A stretch of DNA of 61,705 nucleotides from Desulfobulbaceae bacterium. Its GTDB lineage: Bacteria > Desulfobacterota > Desulfobulbia > Desulfobulbales > SURF-16. Made by a program: the position numbers and the translations under genes. The notes beneath the pieces are model-generated. The model ran no database searches and was not told where the DNA came from. It was given only the letters and a program-made list of their open reading frames with translations. Location: assembly GCA_003249165.1 (NCBI GenBank), contig QKJV01000332.1:1-61705 (forward strand), written 5' to 3'. This document shows positions 1 through 7,378 of the stretch, one piece after another (position 1 is the stretch's first letter; each line of letters opens with the position of its first letter).

Positions 1-74
1 ATCTTTTTTGACCATTCCCTGAGCTTTACTTCTTCTTGTACCCTCGATATTTTATCCATTCCAATCAACTCCAT
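1..74 (-). CDS. 5' end of an ORF running off the left edge (MELIGMDKISRVQEEVKLREWSKK..), function unknown
   Basis: Reverse complement of 1-74 starts with ATG (72-74) and stays open to the window edge. It is too short to classify. Confidence 0.2.
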   Translation of the reverse strand, partial: MELIGMDKISRVQEEVKLREWSKK

Positions 75-250
75 AGACTTCGTTGGAGTCAGTTTAACAC
101 ATAGCTTTCTTAATTGGAAGACGCGGGGTTATTGAGCGGAGACGTTCTTTTTAATAAACTGCTACATTTTTAATTATACATAAGAATACCGTATATTTCA
201 TCCACATTTTGCAAAAAGAGCCAGCTGAATATCAACTAACTCTTTTACTA

Positions 251-490
251 CTAATTAAACACATTCATCGCATCCACATACCCTTGCAACCCATCAGGTT
301 TCAGTGCATATGACACATAATTTACAGGCTCCTCTCTTGCTAATCTCACAAGATAGCCTTCATCTTCTGGTTCATCAAATACAACCTGTGCATTTGCTCT
401 GGAACATTCTATTACCAGTTCCTTGTCATCTTTATCTTTCATAACCACGGAATCAAGAACCGAGTCATAATAATACAAATTATACTCCAT
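251..490 (-). CDS. hypothetical protein (79 aa)
   Basis: ORF-track entry directly downstream of the rumA tail on the same strand. No recognisable motif. Confidence 0.4.
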   Translation of the reverse strand: MEYNLYYYDSVLDSVVMKDKDDKELVIECSRANAQVVFDEPEDEGYLVRLAREEPVNYVSYALKPDGLQGYVDAMNVFN

Positions 491-507
491 CTATTCCACC
501 TCCAGCT

Positions 508-822
508 TTAGTTAATCATCCCAAAATGCTTCAACGCATCCACAATCGCCTTTTCTTTCTCATCTGGACAATTCGGTTGCTTCGCATCCTCTGACTTAGC
601 CAGATTATAATTCTCCCCAACCTCTAATCCACATTTCCTTTTTACCTGCGAAATATAAAGATTAGAAACCTTAAGTCCATGCTCTTTCAACACATAATCC
701 TTTATCTCCGCATAAGTCGCTTTCGTCTCTACACTTGTCACATCCAAATCATCCAAATCAAGATCTACCGCAATTCGATCACTCGGTTTTTGTTGGGACA
801 ACAGAACAACCGTCTCAACGTG
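508..822 (-). pseudogene. displaced 3'-terminal fragment (long C-terminal tail) of a RumA-family methyltransferase gene
   Basis: The track's 97-aa ORF starts at a TTG. The frame stays open upstream and reads ..ST|HVETVVLLSQQKPSDRIAV..MIN*. HVETVVL is the sequence that follows DMFPRT in the intact gene end at 61457-61522. The frame is closed by TGA at 835-837. Confidence 0.7.
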
Positions 823-1082
823 GGTTGAGATTAGTCAACTGCTGCCCGATTTTAAGATTTTTGAAAATCACCGTTGAGTGTGTAGTTTTTTATTTTTTTC
901 TACACTCACAAGGGTTCAGTGGGCAGGGGAAATAAAAGAGGTAAAAACTACAGTTTCAAATTCATCTTGCAACTTCATAAGTAGTAGCATCAACTAGTGG
1001 CTAATGAGTATTCTTAATAATAATCTGATTTTCAATGGATATGTCTATTCGTTTTTTAATGTTGTAGAAGCTAGTTACATTT

Positions 1083-2030
1083 TTATGATTGACCATATGA
1101 CCTAAATAAACCAGATAAGAATGCAGTTCTAATTTTATTGTATTCTGATCTGAAAAACATACATTCTTTTATACATACAGTGCACCCATTATTTCTTGAA
1201 AAAGGTACAGCACATTTTTTATAATCAATACATTGCTTGGAACCATCTTCAAATGTCACAGTTTCTTTATATATAGCACCTCCCGGACATTTCTTAACAC
1301 ATCGATTACATGTTTTACAAAAATCATTAATCCAAAGATGGTCATTATGATCCTCTATCGGTAAATTCTCAATATCGGTATAGACTGCAGCCAGCCTTAA
1401 AGACGGTCCTTGAATTGAACTAATTAACATGCCATGTTTTCCAATAACGCCCATTCCTGCTTTTTGAGCCAATAGAGGGTAATTCACTTCTCCACCCAAT
1501 GAGGGTCCAGCTGCTGCATTATAACCTCTATCATTAAGAAAATCTTTTATTCGATTAACTTGAACACATAACTCATAATAGGTCCTAAAGATTTCTTTTT
1601 CGGCACCTTTCGAAGGTGCAGTATTGATAATATTCGGGTTCATTTCCATCACTAACACTACTGCGTTTGGATAGATAATCAGTTTATCATCAAAAATATA
1701 GGAAGGATCAACCTTCGCAAATCCAATATCGCTTGCTCCTAATTTTCTGGCTAATTCTTTCATATCTTCCAAATCTTTTGTGGTGATTTCCTTTATGGGA
1801 TTTTGAGGCTGCTTATATAGCTCTTTATAAGTTTTTCGCATTTGTTTAAGCGAACCTAACATATACTTATATAGATTTGGTAATGATTTGGCCTTGGTTT
1901 TAATGCTTCCATACTCTAAAACAATTTGAGGCACATTTAGCCCCACATGGGCATTCTCACTTGGACTTATATATGGCCGACTTTTATCAACGTGTTTGTT
2001 GATATTTGGCATTATTGACTTGATATCCAT
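1083..2030 (-). CDS. QueG / reductive-dehalogenase-like 4Fe-4S oxidoreductase (paralog 3)
   Basis: 315 aa. C-terminal ferredoxin motifs CKTCNRCVKKCPGGAIY and CTVCIKEC. AGMGVIGKHGMLIS..RLAAVYTD block as in the QueG/RdhA family. Confidence 0.7.
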   Translation of the reverse strand: MDIKSIMPNINKHVDKSRPYISPSENAHVGLNVPQIVLEYGSIKTKAKSLPNLYKYMLGSLKQMRKTYKELYKQPQNPIKEITTKDLEDMKELARKLGASDIGFAKVDPSYIFDDKLIIYPNAVVLVMEMNPNIINTAPSKGAEKEIFRTYYELCVQVNRIKDFLNDRGYNAAAGPSLGGEVNYPLLAQKAGMGVIGKHGMLISSIQGPSLRLAAVYTDIENLPIEDHNDHLWINDFCKTCNRCVKKCPGGAIYKETVTFEDGSKQCIDYKKCAVPFSRNNGCTVCIKECMFFRSEYNKIRTAFLSGLFRSYGQS

Positions 2031-2056
2031 GGTCTGCTCCTTTCTATCATCTAACC

Positions 2057-2512
2057 CTATTCAATCAAACCTTCCACTAAATCTTTTGAATTTTGGTTTA
2101 AAAGCAGCAAATACTTGTAAAATGAATTAATATCTTCATTTTTAAAACCTTTAAACAACTCATCTTGTGCCTTTATTTTTACATCCATCAAAGAATCTAC
2201 TATTTTCTCCCCTTTTTCTGTAATATAGCAGAGGGTATTTCTCCTGTCTTTCGCATCTGCCTCTCTTCTTATAAAACCATCATCCTCAAGAATTTTAAGT
2301 GCTTTTGTCACACTTGCTTTTCCGACATTTATTAATCTGGCCAATTCCAACTGGTTGATGCCCGGACTGCTGAATATATGAAGAAAATATTCATATTGAC
2401 CCTGTTTAATCCCATGCTTTTCAACTTTCGAGCTAATAAAAAAATTTACATTTGCTGTGATTCCTCTAATCAATACACCCAATTCGTTTCCTCTCATAAG
2501 TTTACCTTTCAT
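2057..2512 (-). CDS. MarR-family transcriptional regulator
   Basis: 151 aa. Winged-helix segment LNQLELARLINVGKASVTKALKILEDDGFIRREADAKDRRNTLCYITEKGEKI. Confidence 0.85.
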   Translation of the reverse strand: MKGKLMRGNELGVLIRGITANVNFFISSKVEKHGIKQGQYEYFLHIFSSPGINQLELARLINVGKASVTKALKILEDDGFIRREADAKDRRNTLCYITEKGEKIVDSLMDVKIKAQDELFKGFKNEDINSFYKYLLLLNQNSKDLVEGLIE

Positions 2513-2560
2513 AATTCATTAACATTTTTTTAATTCACCTATGAACCAGATAGTGTTATG

Positions 2561-3634
2561 TCAGTTCTGTTTTTTCATAACGTTTTTTAATTTACTATAA
2601 GCATCCGCTCCACTTGAAAAAGGGCATACTCTAAGACATATACTACATCCAACTGTTCGCCTGTGCATTGAATGGCATTTTTCCATATCAGACGCTTTTT
2701 TATGTTGACCGATACCTTCAATATATTTCTCAACATTAATCGATTCATCATAAATGGCACCTGTTGGACATTCTCTTACACATCTTTTACAAGTATTACA
2801 AAAATCCTGTATCCACCTATGCTCATCATTGTCTGTATACTCAAAAATTTTATTCTGGATTAATATTGCTGAAATACGAAGTCTTGATCCGAACTCTTTA
2901 TTTATAACATTACCACTTTTCGAAAATCCTCCTAGCCCTGATTTCACAGCAAGCTGCGGAAGGTTAACATCTCCTCCTGCAGGATGGATAGTCTGGCATT
3001 TCACTAGGTGTTTAGCTCGTAATATGCTGGCTATTTCATTAGTGACAGCACCTAATTCTGCATAAATTCTCATCACTTCAGCTCCTGCTTCCTGAAATGG
3101 TGCTTTGTCAATTTTATCTTTTTGCATCTCTTGAATAAAAACTAATGCATACTCAAATAAAACAGGACGTGATAAGAAAACTGATTCTATAGGTATTTTG
3201 GTGTATCCAATTCTTACATCAGGATATTTTTCTTTCAAATATCTTATGATTTCAGCATAAAGTTCCTCATTGGGATAACTCTCAACCAAACACTTGTTAT
3301 TTTCTATATATCCTGTTTTCTTTATTTCTTTCAAATAGGGTCTGCAATCTGTTGATGCTCTAAACAATCCCACAAATAGTTTCTTCATATTATCTGATTT
3401 ACTAAACATGGATGTAAATGCAGGTTCATATTTATGTTTCATTTCTTCTGATTTAAACTCTGTTTTCTGAATGAATTTAAAGTGTTCTCCTATTTGATTG
3501 AATCCTTGCATTACTGCATCATCATAAGGGAATACTACGTTTTTAGCATACTTGTATAATATTTTGTGACGTAATTTTTCATTGGGTACTCCCGGTCCGA
3601 AGTATTTGATTTTCCTTCTTTTTTTGGCATCCAT
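2561..3634 (-). CDS. QueG / reductive-dehalogenase-like 4Fe-4S oxidoreductase (paralog 2)
   Basis: 357 aa. CNTCKRCVRECPTGAIY and CSICLRVCP motifs. SGLGGFSKSGNVIN..RISAILI block parallels the other two paralogs. Confidence 0.7.
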   Translation of the reverse strand: MDAKKRRKIKYFGPGVPNEKLRHKILYKYAKNVVFPYDDAVMQGFNQIGEHFKFIQKTEFKSEEMKHKYEPAFTSMFSKSDNMKKLFVGLFRASTDCRPYLKEIKKTGYIENNKCLVESYPNEELYAEIIRYLKEKYPDVRIGYTKIPIESVFLSRPVLFEYALVFIQEMQKDKIDKAPFQEAGAEVMRIYAELGAVTNEIASILRAKHLVKCQTIHPAGGDVNLPQLAVKSGLGGFSKSGNVINKEFGSRLRISAILIQNKIFEYTDNDEHRWIQDFCNTCKRCVRECPTGAIYDESINVEKYIEGIGQHKKASDMEKCHSMHRRTVGCSICLRVCPFSSGADAYSKLKNVMKKQN

Positions 3635-3645
3635 TTTATCCTCTT

Positions 3646-4593
3646 CTACTCCTTAACTTTATTCTTTGCAAAACCAGACTTGATCTTTTCATAATTACCG
3701 CAAGTAAAAGGACATTCTTTGATACATACACCACAGCCATATTTCATAAATCCTTTACTGCATTTTTCGTAGTCAATTCTGGTAGGATTAACTCCATCTA
3801 AAATAACAGGTTTTTCATAAATCGCTCCTTCTGGGCATTTTTTTATACATTTGCCGCACTTTTCGCAAAAATCTCTAATCCATGTCATGTCCTCTGTGTA
3901 TTTTATAAAATCGCCAAGATTTTCTATATTAGTGTATACAACCGAAATTCTGTTGCAAGCACCATTGCTTTTAGTTATTGCCATGCTATGTCGGCCTGTT
4001 ACAGCTATTCCTGCCCATTCGGCTGCCATTGAATAGTCAAGCTGTCCACCCATCGAGTGGTTCGGACTTGCGCCAAAACCAATATTTTGGAGAAATTTTG
4101 CAACTTTATTAGCGATGTTTCCAGTAACAGCATATACTCTTGCAACTTCAAGTTGACACTCAATGCTTGGAACATCTGCAAAAGCGTTTTTATCCATAGA
4201 CGATGAAAATACTAAAGCGTATTTATATGGAACACCACATTCTTTGAATATTTTTTCAGGTGTAACCTCAAAAAATCCAAAATCATCTACTTGTAGTTTT
4301 GTTATAAAATGAGCCAATTCATCAAAACTTTTCTTTGATATTTTGCTTTTTGTAGGCGTAATAATTTTCTTGATTAGCTTAACCGTTTCCCATAAAGTAT
4401 ATGGAAGCAAATATAATTTTTTAATGTTTTTTACAATAGCAATTATATCTTGCTTTCTAAAATCTGGTTTACGCCCTTCCACATATAGTCTTTTCTTAGG
4501 AGAATTATCATTCGAATAAATTTTTGCATATTTATTTAGTTCAATCTTCTGTGGTTCAACAACCTTGTTTAAACTTAATCCCATATTGACCAT
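3646..4593 (-). CDS. QueG / reductive-dehalogenase-like 4Fe-4S oxidoreductase (paralog 1)
   Basis: 315 aa. CEKCGKCIKKCPEGAIY and CGVCIKECP motifs. AGIAVTGRHSMAIT..RISVVYTN block. Only an 11-nt gap to the next gene. Confidence 0.7.
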   Translation of the reverse strand: MVNMGLSLNKVVEPQKIELNKYAKIYSNDNSPKKRLYVEGRKPDFRKQDIIAIVKNIKKLYLLPYTLWETVKLIKKIITPTKSKISKKSFDELAHFITKLQVDDFGFFEVTPEKIFKECGVPYKYALVFSSSMDKNAFADVPSIECQLEVARVYAVTGNIANKVAKFLQNIGFGASPNHSMGGQLDYSMAAEWAGIAVTGRHSMAITKSNGACNRISVVYTNIENLGDFIKYTEDMTWIRDFCEKCGKCIKKCPEGAIYEKPVILDGVNPTRIDYEKCSKGFMKYGCGVCIKECPFTCGNYEKIKSGFAKNKVKE

Positions 4594-4633
4594 CCTTTAC
4601 ATCTTCAAATAGTATACCAGTCAACTATATATG

Positions 4634-4662
4634 ATTATATGCTTTTTTAGTTTGCCTGTCAA
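4634..4662 (-). promoter_or_regulatory. sigma-A type promoter of the Fe-S/MarR operon
   Basis: The minus strand reads TTGACA (4657-4662), a 17-nt spacer, then TATAAT (4634-4639). A 9-mer GTCAACTAT occurs at the -35 (4658-4666) and again just downstream of the -10 (4619-4627), which could be a MarR operator. Confidence 0.55.
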
Positions 4663-4774
4663 CTATTCATCCATTACAATAGTGACAAATAAAAAGCCAC
4701 AGACAGCGATGCTCATCACACCATTGTTTGCGGCTTAAATCATATATAAAATTTATATTTATTGCATTATTTCC

Positions 4775-4984
4775 ATGGAAGCCTATATTCTAACTTACTA
4801 TTATAATGAACCATTACTCTTGTTCGGATTTGCTGCATTGCTGGCTTTTATTGGGTTTACATGTACAATCTGCTTGTCTGCCTTTGGCTCCATATTCAAA
4901 TTATTATTTTCTGAGTATTCTAAAACAACAAATACTATAATGGCGCTCTTAAAAGTGTATTGTGCTATTTCACTATTTTTATAA
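4775..4984 (+). CDS. small hydrophobic ORF (69 aa), doubtful
   Basis: Track ORF with two hydrophobic stretches. No RBS checked, AT-rich context. Confidence 0.2.
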   Translation: MEAYILTYYYNEPLLLFGFAALLAFIGFTCTICLSAFGSIFKLLFSEYSKTTNTIMALLKVYCAISLFL

Positions 4985-5173
4985 TGGCAGCGAAAGCCTG
5001 CCTTGACTGATTGAACAGCACCTTAAATAATTGATACTTCATTTTACTTAGAGATCAAATTTCTCATTTATCTCTTGGCTAATCATCATTCTGTCAATAG
5101 TCATATACTATGATTAGCTTTTCTCATACTTTTCTCTAGCAGCGACTTTACCACACAACCGATTCAAATCATA

Positions 5174-5253
5174 ACATCTAAATCGACCACTGCAAGCCGA
5201 TGTTATCTAATTCGACCACACGCAAACCCATGTTATCTAAATCGCTCTGTCAC
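5174..5253 (+). repeat. three direct repeats with ~30-bp phasing (left arm)
   Basis: aCATCTAAATCGACCAC / tTATCTAATTCGACCAC / tTATCTAAATCGCTCTG. The ATCTA starts are at 5176, 5205 and 5235. Homologous to the 61259-61338 repeats. Confidence 0.7.
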
Positions 5254-5277
5254 GTTTAAAATCATGCCTTTGGACTT

Positions 5278-5295
5278 GTTCCCACGAACAGATAT
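5278..5295 (+). repeat. inverted copy of the rumA att-core half-site (left arm)
   Basis: gttcccacgaacagatat is the reverse complement of GTTCGTGGGAAC, the core found at 5459-5562 and 61502-61522. The plus strand reads DLFPRT. Confidence 0.5.
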
Positions 5296-5372
5296 TTTTA
5301 CGATTTCAACACTTCGAATTCTCACTCTCAAACTCCGGAAAGCCTCTATTTCAAGGCTGTTCTTCACTCCTA

Positions 5373-5411
5373 CTATTTTACCCTTGACATCAATACTACC
5401 GTCTCAACGTG
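5373..5411 (-). pseudogene. short rumA 3' stub (HVETVVLMSRVK*)
   Basis: Reverse complement reads cac gtt gag acg gta gta ttg atg tca agg gta aaa tag. It parallels THVECVVLMSRAKE* at the live gene end. Upstream homology to rumA is lost at 5412. Confidence 0.65.
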
Positions 5412-5458
5412 GAACGATAGCATCAGATTGATGTCGAGTATGTGTTTTTAGTTTTGTC

Positions 5459-5562
5459 CGTTCGTGGAAATATGTCGATAGCCATTTTTAGGGTCGTTTC
5501 CGTTCGTGGAAACATATCAACATTATATTGCAACTTTTGTTCGTTCTTGGGAACATGTCGAT
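5459..5562 (-). repeat. array of three degenerate copies of the rumA crossover half-site, 41-42 bp apart
   Basis: Cores lie at 5459-5479, 5501-5521 and 5542-5562 (cgttcKtggRaaMatRtcRaY). The minus strand encodes IDIFPRT, VDMFPRT and IDMFPRT. The third copy matches the genuine core 61502-61522 at 18/21 positions. Confidence 0.7.
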
Positions 5563-5590
5563 AATTCGCACATTTGTGGCTGCCATTCAA

Positions 5591-7009
5591 TTATCCACCC
5601 AATTCCCGTATTGCTTCATCTTCATTAGCTACATCTGCCGTTTGCGGCTTCGGTAAATAGTAATACTTACCTTCCTTAATGATAAGTTCCACATCTTCAG
5701 CATAGACATCCCTCGGCTGTTCCGCTTTTCCAATTATGTGGTTGGCTTGAGAGGCTATCTCATGGGCTATAGTTTTCTTGATAGCTTTATAATTGTGCTT
5801 TTCGTCTATCCAACCCAGCGGAATCGAAATCACAGCTTTAATACCTGTCTTTGCAACCCGTTCCTTACTCAAATCAATCCTTAACGCATCGACCTGCTTG
5901 CTGTGCCATTCGCTAAGAAGTGTTCGGGTTTGCACCGACATCTCTGTGTATTTATTGTAAAGAGCGTAGCTTTGTTCAGTTGATATAGTGCATTTCCCCA
6001 ATAAATACGTTAGCTTGCTGATTTCTTCAAGAACTGCTGCTAACACATCTTGAAACCCTACTAAGGTTTTTAACTCCTCAACTACGGACTCGTATTCTTT
6101 ATAGTCGGGGTTGGGGTTCTTTTTCATAATGTCAGTTATCGTAATATTCACTTGACCCAAGAGTTCGGTTGCGGTAGCCTTTATACCCTCTAAGGCAGAA
6201 AGTTTAAGTTTTCGCTGACTGTCGTCCTCCAATATCTCTGTGCTAAACTGAGAAATCTCGCCGACGAGGGTTATCACGGACAAGATTCGGCTCTTAAACT
6301 CTCTATCTTGAAAGTCACTGATTTTACTGATGCTCTTCGTCAATGCTTCTAACTTGGAATCGATTAAGGACATATAGTATTGACCGACAACCAGAGAGGC
6401 AACATTCATCACATTGGCCGCCACGTTTGCTACCTTGGCGGTTTTCGCAATGTTCGCTGGAACAACTTCACTCGCTTTCTGTGCCGTCACAGGGACAAGA
6501 TTTGCTTGACCTTTTATTCCTTTTGCACCGTGAAAAATAGCCCGCTTTGCACCTTCCATTGCTTGGGAATCAGTAAGTTTGGCACCGGCAGGAATAACAG
6601 CCCTATAAATATTTCCAGATTGCAGTGTTTGGTTAGCCTTTTGTACCGCGACGTTTGCAGCTTTTGCGGTTTGTTGCAATGCAGCGTTCGCGGCATTGGA
6701 TGTCAGTGTTCTGCTTGCTATTTCGGCAACAGCAGGAAGCGTCTGTGATATGCGGGCAACTACCGAGCGGTCTTTGATTTCGACCAGACTGTTTTCATCA
6801 ATCTGCGTTGTCGTAGGTAGGAGTTCAATTGGTATAGATAATTCTCCGACATGCTTTCCCGTAGCTGCCAACATATCGGTTGGCATAGCTCGCTCTGTGC
6901 TTTCAGCATTGCTAAGAACAGAGCTTGTCCTTTTTCGCAAGAAAACAACCACAACCGCGATTGCGGTTATGGCAATTACCACTAATGCTATCGGCAATAT
7001 GTATTCCAT
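5591..7009 (-). CDS. membrane-anchored protein of unknown function (472 aa)
   Basis: N-terminal TM helix ILPIALVVIAITAIAVVVVFL followed by a long helical/Ala-rich region. AGGAG RBS 9 nt upstream. Last gene of the defence block. Confidence 0.6.
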   Translation of the reverse strand: MEYILPIALVVIAITAIAVVVVFLRKRTSSVLSNAESTERAMPTDMLAATGKHVGELSIPIELLPTTTQIDENSLVEIKDRSVVARISQTLPAVAEIASRTLTSNAANAALQQTAKAANVAVQKANQTLQSGNIYRAVIPAGAKLTDSQAMEGAKRAIFHGAKGIKGQANLVPVTAQKASEVVPANIAKTAKVANVAANVMNVASLVVGQYYMSLIDSKLEALTKSISKISDFQDREFKSRILSVITLVGEISQFSTEILEDDSQRKLKLSALEGIKATATELLGQVNITITDIMKKNPNPDYKEYESVVEELKTLVGFQDVLAAVLEEISKLTYLLGKCTISTEQSYALYNKYTEMSVQTRTLLSEWHSKQVDALRIDLSKERVAKTGIKAVISIPLGWIDEKHNYKAIKKTIAHEIASQANHIIGKAEQPRDVYAEDVELIIKEGKYYYLPKPQTADVANEDEAIRELGG

Positions 7010-7027
7010 CGCATATTACTCCTGTCT

Positions 7028-7378
7028 TTAGGTCTTAAATTTCGGCTTAATCAGGTCATAACTTCGACCAATCATTCTCTTCATCTCATCCTCCGGCACG
7101 TTGCCGCCGACCTTAACCGTGTTCCAATGTTCCTTGTTCATGTGGTAGGCGGGCGTGATGTCCTCAAATGCCTGCCGCATGATATCCGCTTCAAACGGGT
7201 CACATTTTAGGTTGACGCACAGCTTGCTGTGCCGCTCGTAAATCAACGCAAAGGACTTCTTATTTATCTTGTGCCGCATAACTGTCCACGCACCTGCGTC
7301 CGCTATATCGTCAAATGGGTAATCCTCGTAAGCAGCGGGGAATGTAAGGCAGAAATCGATGAGGTCTTGTCGGGTCAT
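7028..7378 (-). CDS. MmcQ/YjbR-family DNA-binding protein
   Basis: 116 aa. Family-typical FPAAYEDYPF, LKCDP and YHMNKEHWNTV segments. The start overlaps the stop of the upstream giant gene (ATGA). Confidence 0.8.
   Translation of the reverse strand: MTRQDLIDFCLTFPAAYEDYPFDDIADAGAWTVMRHKINKKSFALIYERHSKLCVNLKCDPFEADIMRQAFEDITPAYHMNKEHWNTVKVGGNVPEDEMKRMIGRSYDLIKPKFKT

Larger units (their letters stand above)
823..5411. mobile_element. recombinase-less genomic island (island 2) bounded by two rumA 3' stubs
   Basis: Flanked by the stub at 5373-5411 and the displaced tail at 508-822. AT-rich cargo with no recombinase gene. Confidence 0.45.

Noticed and set aside
1-74. Transposase N-terminus at the left edge
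   Set aside because: The ..REWSKK.. start is reminiscent of some IS helper proteins, but 24 residues are insufficient. It is listed only as a low-confidence partial ORF.
5459-5562. Possible mini-CRISPR array (three ~21-bp repeats with ~21-bp spacers)
   Set aside because: There are only three copies and they are degenerate. No cas genes or leader are present. The repeats are recognisably the DMFPRT-coding core of rumA, so they are att-site relics or binding sites, not CRISPR.
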